Translations under genes and position numbers: made by a program
Assembly (NCBI GenBank): GCA_023667245.1
Contig: JAMPAL010000002.1
Coordinates: 20,732-84,731 of the forward strand
Reading direction: 5' to 3'
DNA length: 64,000 nucleotides
Source of the DNA: Anaeroplasma bactoclasticum
GTDB lineage: Bacteria > Bacillota_I > Bacilli_A > ML615J-28 > CAG-313
Notes under the pieces: generated by a model
What the model was told of the DNA's origin: nothing
The model's database searches: none
Seen by the model: the letters and a program-made list of their open reading frames with translations, nothing else
Part shown: one piece after another, positions 58,586 to 64,000 of the stretch
How the letters are laid out: every line of letters begins with the position of its first letter
Position numbering within the stretch: the first letter of the stretch is position 1

Positions 58586-58774
58586 CTATAGTACCAAAGC
58601 TTTTTTAGGACAACGATTGGAGCATTTTCCACATCTTATACACTTGTCATAATCTATTTTTGGTGCTTCAAAACCATTTTGAATCAAAGCCCCAACAGGA
58701 CAAACCTTTATCGCAGGACACTTATGATTTTGAGGACAATTCTCTATAATAATTTTTAATTTTTTCTCCATCAT
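58586..58774 (-). CDS. Small 4Fe-4S ferredoxin-domain protein
   Basis: Motifs CIRCGKCSNRCP plus CPAIKVCP. I place the start at ATG 58774, preceded by AAGGGAG. The track start at 58825 adds 17 unlikely residues. Confidence 0.7.
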   Translation of the reverse strand: MMEKKLKIIIENCPQNHKCPAIKVCPVGALIQNGFEAPKIDYDKCIRCGKCSNRCPKKALVL

Positions 58775-59147
58775 TTTATCTCCCTTCAAATTATGAATAC
58801 TATTCTTTTTATTCATTTGCAACAACTGAATATATCGCTTAACTTTAATTCTTTACATTCTAAATGATTGATAGTTAAATTATACCATAAATTTTTTGAT
58901 TTGCCTTAAAATTGATAAAAATAATTCTTCTTTTTTGAAATGCTCTCCATTTTGCTTATACAGAAAAAAGTACATCGATATTCTAAAAAATCTATTAACT
59001 GACTTTATATTATACGAAAATATTTTTCAAGTAATTGATATATTAATATTATATGTAACCCCTAATTATAAAAGAAATGACTGGATTAAAATCTAATCAT
59101 AATAAAGTGTTAAGGTTGATTGTTAAATAATCTTAAAGTTTTACCAC

Positions 59148-59252
59148 TTAGTTAATGCATCTTTTCTTTTGTTCAAGACTAGATTGAACGTATTGATTTG
59201 AAATGGTAGTGATGTTAGACTGTCCTAGTATACCACTTATAGTTTTATAATC
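59148..59252 (-). pseudogene. C-terminal fragment of a tyrosine recombinase/integrase
   Basis: The minus-strand translation DYKTISGILGQSNITTISNQYVQSSLEQKK matches the LGH-x-x-x-x-T-T-x-x-Y integrase C-terminal box (His replaced by Gln), including the catalytic Tyr position. Stops lie immediately upstream, so only about 34 codons survive. Confidence 0.4.
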
Positions 59253-59646
59253 CAATTTTTTTCAATCAATTTAACTTGTTAAACTGTTTATGTTACTTTT
59301 ATTTTTTATACTGAATCAAAGAATTAATCATCTTGCTTGAAATACTACTTAATTTAAAAACATGTGTTTAATTATTTTCCATAATTTTGAACAAAAGCTC
59401 TATCTTTATTATACTTGTTTCTTTTATATTGTCTATATTAATCTCATAGTCAGTATGCTACAAAAGTGTTGTGTAAAGACAAAAAAGAACTTTGAATAAT
59501 CAAAGTTCTTAAATTTAATATCATGTCTAAGTACGTTAACTTTAATACAATTGCGTACGGATTTATTAGTCTTTTTTAAGAGAAACTATGATCTGCTCTA
59601 TAAATTGTAATTTGTCGTACAAATTATAGTCAAATATAAATGATAA

Positions 59647-60189
59647 TCAACGCTTATCATTTACATCTATGATTTCCCCAACAAACATATAATGTGTTTG
59701 CCAATCGCCATTGGCATCAGGAGGATATACTTTCGGACTTGCCTTATAATATTGGTGAATTTCCTCAGCTAAGTCTTCTTTAACAAACTCATGCTGATAA
59801 AGTTTCTTACATAGAAAAGTCAGCTCCGCTTCTTTATATCCTACGCTCTTTCCAATAGAAATAGGGATTAGCCCTGCGCCTTTCACCTTGTCCTCATTGC
59901 GTCCAGAATGAGTCCCCATATACCCCAAAGCCTTTCGATACTCTTTAGGAAAAAAGCTTACAGTAAAGGTATCATTTGCTTTAAGAAATTCACAAGTATA
60001 GCGTGAAGGATAGACATAGATCGTCACAATTGGTCCCACGCTTCCTGCCTTTGCCCAAATATTTCCTAAACTACCCCATCCAATAGTACATCCATTAAAA
60101 TGCTCAATATCTCCAGCGGTTACCAAAGCCATTTGATGACTAAACATTTCGAACACCTTATACTCTTTTTGCTCAAACTCCATTACCAC
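59647..60189 (-). CDS. Flavin reductase-like (FMN-binding split-barrel) protein
   Basis: 180 aa. Segments ALVTAGDIEHFNGCTIGWGSLG and VYPSRYT resemble the flavin reductase-like domain family. Confidence 0.7.
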   Translation of the reverse strand: MVMEFEQKEYKVFEMFSHQMALVTAGDIEHFNGCTIGWGSLGNIWAKAGSVGPIVTIYVYPSRYTCEFLKANDTFTVSFFPKEYRKALGYMGTHSGRNEDKVKGAGLIPISIGKSVGYKEAELTFLCKKLYQHEFVKEDLAEEIHQYYKASPKVYPPDANGDWQTHYMFVGEIIDVNDKR

Positions 60190-60517
60190 TTTTACCTCTT
60201 TTCAAAATTTTGCGTAACCATTCGCTAAATTACAATTTATCTTTCCCTTAGATTATATCATAGAATTTCAATTTTTATCGTATAAATGCAAAAAAGTGCA
60301 TAAGAACAATGAATCAGCTACCCTTATGCACCTATCTTTAATATTCAATTTTTATCTCTTTATTACATATGAATTTAAATGTTACTGATTTGTCTTTATG
60401 AACCAGAACCTTTTCTACTACAAGAACCCATATACCACCAGACTTGATTGGTAGGGTTCTTTTGGATATATTAAAAAAGACTGATACTTTAAATGGTATC
60501 AATCTTGTGTTTTCTAA

Positions 60518-60594
60518 TGGGGCGAATAATGGGATTCGAACCCACGCATGACGGAGCCACAATCCGCTGTGTTAACCACTTCACCATATTCGCC
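60518..60594 (-). tRNA. tRNA-His (anticodon GTG) with encoded G-1 and CCA
   Basis: Hand fold: 8-bp acceptor GGCGAATA/TATTCGCC (G-1:C73), anticodon loop TTGTGGC, T-loop GGGTTCGAATCCC. Length 77 nt. Confidence 0.9.
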
Positions 60595-60603
60595 ATCATT
60601 GAA

Positions 60604-60677
60604 TGGCAGGGGCAGTAGGAATCGAACCCACATTGACGGTTTTGGAGACCGGTGTACTACCGTTGTACGATGCCCCT
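60604..60677 (-). tRNA. tRNA-Trp (anticodon CCA), CCA encoded
   Basis: Hand fold: acceptor AGGGGCA/TGCCCCT, anticodon loop CTCCAAA, T-loop GGGTTCGATTCC. Length 74 nt, 9 nt from tRNA-His. Confidence 0.9.
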
Positions 60678-60767
60678 ACTATTTATTGCTTTATTATTAT
60701 ATCAAAATTTATAAGCTTTTGCAAGTGATTGGATTAAAAAATAAAATAGTGAGAAATTCTCACTATT

Positions 60768-61130
60768 TTAATCTCTAGGTTCAAATGTCTTACATTCCGT
60801 TACGCCTGGTTTTTGTGAATGTTTATAACTATGTTCAGTATCTCCATTGACGTTGGCAATCTCAATACGATCAGCATAACATCTTTGTCCTTTTTCATAC
60901 ACACATTTTACTGCATCACAATAAACTTCCGTTTGAAGAGTTGCCTCTTTATCCATCGTTGCAAATTCATATTCATATGTATCTACATCTTTAAACAAAT
61001 AACTTCTACAACTTGTCTCTTTCTTATTGTTAGCCTCAGGTCCGTCAACATCAATATAATTTTTAGAGCATAATCCTGATTTATTATGTGCGCATTGATC
61101 AACTTTGCATTTTAATTTCGGCATATTCAT
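60768..61130 (-). CDS. DUF1540 domain protein (two Cys-rich repeats)
   Basis: CKVDQCAHNKSGLCSKNYIDVDG and CDAVKCVYEKGQRCYADRIEI match the duplicated DUF1540 pattern C-x-V-x-x-C-x-x-N-x(4)-C-x-A-x-x-I-x-V. Confidence 0.8.
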   Translation of the reverse strand: MNMPKLKCKVDQCAHNKSGLCSKNYIDVDGPEANNKKETSCRSYLFKDVDTYEYEFATMDKEATLQTEVYCDAVKCVYEKGQRCYADRIEIANVNGDTEHSYKHSQKPGVTECKTFEPRD

Positions 61131-61256
61131 CTTCCTTTCTTTTATAGTATGAACATTTTTTTTGTATATATACCAAAAAATACAAAATCAAAATGAGGCC
61201 TTTTTCATATCATTTGACAAAACGATTAAAAAAAGGTATAATAATAGAGCATAAAT

Positions 61257-61347
61257 GGAGTAGTACTCAAGAGGCTGAAGAGGTGCCCCTGCTAAGGGTA
61301 TAGGTCGGGAAACTGGCGCAAGGGTTCAAATCCCTTCTACTCCGCCA
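61257..61347 (+). tRNA. tRNA-Ser (anticodon GCT), long variable arm, CCA encoded
   Basis: Hand fold: acceptor GGAGTAG/CTACTCC, anticodon stem TGCCC/GGGTA with loop CTGCTAA, T-loop GGGTTCAAATCCC. Length 91 nt. Confidence 0.9.
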
Positions 61348-61348
61348 T

Positions 61349-61425
61349 GGTTCGTTGGAGAAGCGGCTTAACTCACATGCCTTTCACGCATGCATTCACG
61401 GGTTCGAATCCCGTACGAATCACCA
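61349..61425 (+). tRNA. tRNA-Glu (anticodon TTC), CCA encoded
   Basis: Hand fold: acceptor GGTTCGT/ACGAATC, anticodon stem CATGC/GCATG with loop CTTTCAC, T-loop GGGTTCGAATCCC. Length 77 nt, 1 nt after tRNA-Ser. Confidence 0.9.
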
Positions 61426-61632
61426 TTTATTGTTGTTTATCCATATGTATATAGCCACTATTAGACTTTTTATTTATGGATAATTATAGTATTTATAATG
61501 CTAACAAAAAGAACATTAGTAATGTTCTTTTTTATTATGTGCATAAAAAGTGCGTGTAACATAAACTACCTTAAAAAATATATTGAAAAGACTTTTGCTC
61601 TCCAAAAGTCTTTTTTCATTAAAAAAAGTGGC

Positions 61633-62097
61633 TTATTTTTTGCCACTCATATATTCTTCAAATAAATTGCAAATATTAGATATCCCTGTTTTTTTATTAG
61701 ACAAACTACCTGATGATGATATCGTAGCAAGACAAGGAAGAGATGTTTCGATATTTGCTTCTGCAATATTGAAATGGGTTGAAGCAATAATCTCCTTATC
61801 TGTTCGATAATCAATTACATAAAGTCTTGGAGCCTCTTTGTTTGTTCTTGCAAATTCAGCGTACGCAACTGCACTTTCAAATATTTCCTTTGAATCCTTT
61901 TTACTATCAAAAAGTAAAACAAAATAGGAATCGCTTCCAGTACTTTTTGATTTATAATCTTTAATATTCACAACTTTAATATCATCAAAGTTTTTGATTT
62001 CATATGGACGTACAGCAAGCACAATGGTAGTAATAATAGCAAGCAATGTAACTATACCTAGAATAATCCATAAATCTAAATTCTTTACTTTTTTCAT
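61633..62097 (-). CDS. Membrane-anchored thioredoxin-fold-like protein lacking the CxxC motif
   Basis: Single N-terminal TM helix. Its overall pattern (YFVLLFDSKKDSKEIFESAVAYAEF...LYVIDY...) parallels the adjacent CxxC-containing paralogue but has no redox cysteines. Confidence 0.45.
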   Translation of the reverse strand: MKKVKNLDLWIILGIVTLLAIITTIVLAVRPYEIKNFDDIKVVNIKDYKSKSTGSDSYFVLLFDSKKDSKEIFESAVAYAEFARTNKEAPRLYVIDYRTDKEIIASTHFNIAEANIETSLPCLATISSSGSLSNKKTGISNICNLFEEYMSGKK

Positions 62098-62106
62098 AAA
62101 TACTCC

Positions 62107-62598
62107 TTACTTTTTCAAATTGGTAATATACGTTTTGATATCTGTTTTAGGTGTTTGTGTAACTTTTGTTGAAATGAGTTTGGTTACTCGACCATTTTCA
62201 ACCAGAATTAAAGCTGGTGTAGTAGCAATTTTAATTTGGTTATATATATTTGTCCCAACAAAATTCTCGTAAGATTCATCACCATCTGTGGCAATAATGC
62301 CTTCATTCACCCGATTATTCGATGTATTGAGGCAATATAAGGGCATATAGCCTTTTTTGTTTTTAGCAAGACTTGCATATTCACAAAGCAGTGGTTCTAA
62401 TTCCTCACAAGCTGAACAAGTATTTCCATAAAAAAAGACAAGATAAGCTGTTTCTTCTTGTGAAAGAAGAGCAGGATAAATGACTTGATCCATTTGACTA
62501 TATGTTTGAATTTCTACCTTTTTTTGACAACCTGTAATCCCCCATACTAAAAAACAAGCTATCAATAAGGTTAATCTTTTACCTTTTAAATGTAACAT
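62107..62598 (-). CDS. Thioredoxin-like lipoprotein
   Basis: Lipobox ITGC and a thioredoxin-type active site in YLVFFYGNTCSACEELEP (CxxC). Confidence 0.65.
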   Translation of the reverse strand: MLHLKGKRLTLLIACFLVWGITGCQKKVEIQTYSQMDQVIYPALLSQEETAYLVFFYGNTCSACEELEPLLCEYASLAKNKKGYMPLYCLNTSNNRVNEGIIATDGDESYENFVGTNIYNQIKIATTPALILVENGRVTKLISTKVTQTPKTDIKTYITNLKK

Positions 62599-62735
62599 GT
62601 TTTTTCACCTTTTTCCAATTGATATTTATATTATCATACCATAATATAATCATTCTGTCAAGAAATTAAGGATATAGCTCATCAAAACAAATCATCAAAA
62701 TAGACATTTTCATGTCTATTTTGATTTGTTATTTT

Positions 62736-63737
62736 TTATTTATTATCGCCAGAACGCAATGAATCTGCCATTTTTATCATTTCAAGTTGAGTAACTTGAT
62801 TAGAAGCAATGGTATATTGTACACCATTTTCATAAAATTCAATGTGATTATCGCCTACGAAGGTAAATACGCCACCCATAATATACAAATCGCCATTAAT
62901 GTGTTCTGTTGTTGCTACTGCTGCTTTATTTACAAATTGTTCAACAATGGTAAAATTAGATGTACCTGTAAATTTCATAATAGCTAATTTATTATCTTTT
63001 GTTCCTGTAACGGTTTCTTCTTTTAAAGAGGTGCCCTCAGGATAATAGGTTGGATAACTGACCAAACGCTCAAATTCAATTGGATTTTTATCAAAATAAG
63101 ATGCAAGGGTTTCTAAACTTTCTGTGGCATTGAATTGATCGTCATCAATTGTAATATTTTGCTCTAAAGATTTTACAACAAAACGAGTCAATAGGTTTTG
63201 ATTGCTATCATAAAATAGTACTTCTTTTGGTAATTTATTCTCACCAAAAATAATTTTTTGCGTGGTTTGTTCATCTTGGTTAAACAACTTTGCCTTTAAT
63301 TCAATAATAGTATCTTTTCCTTCAGTTGTGGTTCTTAAATTTTCATCACTTACGATATCGTTTCTTAACGATTGTAACAAATAAGGATAACTTGTATTTC
63401 CCGGCCAATTGCTATTTACTTTAAATGTTTTATTGATACTAGGAATGAGTACATATACTCCACTACTATTTTTTACCATGATTTGTGTTTCATTATTATT
63501 GGGATTTTGAATTTCTACTCGATAATTATTAGGAGATTTGTAATATGTTGTAATCTCACACTCTTTTGTACCACTTGGAAAATTAGATTCTAATCTGCCA
63601 ACTAATTTATAGGATGTTAAACCATTTACAATTTCTGGAAATGTTGTTTCAACAGGTTTATTTTTCTTACAACTGACACATCCTAAGCATAATAAAATCA
63701 ATACATTTAAACAAATTATTTTGCATATTTTTTTCAT
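62736..63737 (-). CDS. Lipoprotein with a LolA/RseB-like N-terminal fold and a DUF4367-like C-terminal domain
   Basis: Lipobox LGCVSC. The N-terminal segment (YKLVGRLESNFPSGTKECEITTYYKSPNNYRVEIQNP...IMVKNSSGVYVLIPS.NKTFKV) is typical of LolA-like lipoprotein-sorting-fold proteins of Firmicutes. Confidence 0.5.
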   Translation of the reverse strand: MKKICKIICLNVLILLCLGCVSCKKNKPVETTFPEIVNGLTSYKLVGRLESNFPSGTKECEITTYYKSPNNYRVEIQNPNNNETQIMVKNSSGVYVLIPSINKTFKVNSNWPGNTSYPYLLQSLRNDIVSDENLRTTTEGKDTIIELKAKLFNQDEQTTQKIIFGENKLPKEVLFYDSNQNLLTRFVVKSLEQNITIDDDQFNATESLETLASYFDKNPIEFERLVSYPTYYPEGTSLKEETVTGTKDNKLAIMKFTGTSNFTIVEQFVNKAAVATTEHINGDLYIMGGVFTFVGDNHIEFYENGVQYTIASNQVTQLEMIKMADSLRSGDNK

Positions 63738-63874
63738 ATCATTACCTCACCTGATAAATTTTATTCACAGTATAACAAAAAAATAACTAAATTTTATTGT
63801 ATTTTTTGGCAGGAATTGTTTTATCAATTAGGCAAACAATAATAATGTAAATTTGTAATAGGAGGTAATTGTTT

Positions 63875-64000
63875 TGAAAGTATTAAGAAATATAGCTTTA
63901 GTATTCCTTATCATAGGTGGTCTAAACTGGGGACTAGTTGGTTTATTCGACTTTAACCTTGTTGCTTTCTTATTTGATGGATTTAGTGTTGTTATTTCTA
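63875..64000 (+). CDS. DUF378 family small membrane protein (5' part; runs off the window)
   Basis: TTG start 8 nt after AGGAGG. The translation LKVLRNIALVFLIIGGLNWGLVGLFDFNLVAFLFDGFSVVIS contains the DUF378 hallmark GGLNWGLVG. It is not in the track because the window holds no stop. Confidence 0.7.

Noticed and set aside
60338-60778. Track ORFs 60338..60562 (-) and 60548..60778 (+).
   Set aside because: They overlap the hand-folded tRNA-His and tRNA-Trp genes, and their translations are nonsense. They are artefacts of the GC-richer tRNA sequence.

Overview
AT-rich bacterial chromosomal window using the standard genetic code; uninterrupted ORFs reach 2982 codons. Gene content and the many Cys-lipobox lipoproteins suggest a low-GC Bacillota, possibly Erysipelotrichia- or Clostridia-like, though that taxonomic call is inference. 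Nearly all genes are on the minus strand.

Layout:
(1) 1-5.2 kb: a DUF368-PlsC fusion gene (open at the window edge and missing from the ORF track) and a four-gene nucleotide-related cluster (radical SAM, P-loop kinase, GrpB, Nudix).
(2) 5.5-8.3 kb: a GHL10-type lipoprotein.
(3) 8.3-12.4 kb: a tightly coupled LuxE-LuxC-nucleoside phosphorylase-membrane protein-PNPOx operon with no luciferase genes.
(4) 12.7-37.3 kb: the dominant feature. This is a 24.7-kb co-directional eight-gene cluster in which a MoxR AAA+ / DUF58 / two TM-anchored VWA proteins (Bat-like module) sits between giant surface lipoproteins of 2982, 927 and 1641 aa. These are built from Flg_new repeats, Fn3-like modules and BspA-type leucine-rich repeats.
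(5) 38.2-40.9 kb: a MATE exporter and ogt.
(6) 41.0-48.9 kb: a decaying, very AT-rich accessory island abutting tRNA-Leu(CAG). It holds a secreted papain-like gene broken only by in-frame stops, a paralogous fragment, a frameshifted minimal nucleotidyltransferase, and one intact orphan 1216-aa ORF that I consider a candidate defence or novel system.
(7) 49.2-53.2 kb: a MarR-regulated heterodimeric ABC exporter.
(8) 53.6-55.6 kb: an IbrA/IbrB-like pair (PAPS-reductase/DUF3440 plus ParB-like nuclease) behind a consensus promoter overlapped by a perfect 13-bp inverted repeat.
(9) 55.6-64 kb: an amidase with SPOR repeats, a RelE/AbrB toxin-antitoxin pair, five more tRNAs (Ser-GGA, His, Trp, Ser-GCT, Glu), a second decayed element (GNAT pseudogene, integrase fragment), small redox proteins, thioredoxin-like lipoproteins, a LolA-like lipoprotein and a partial DUF378 gene.

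No rRNA, CRISPR array, intact transposase or phage structural gene was seen. All family assignments come from motif recognition by eye and need HMM or BLAST confirmation.
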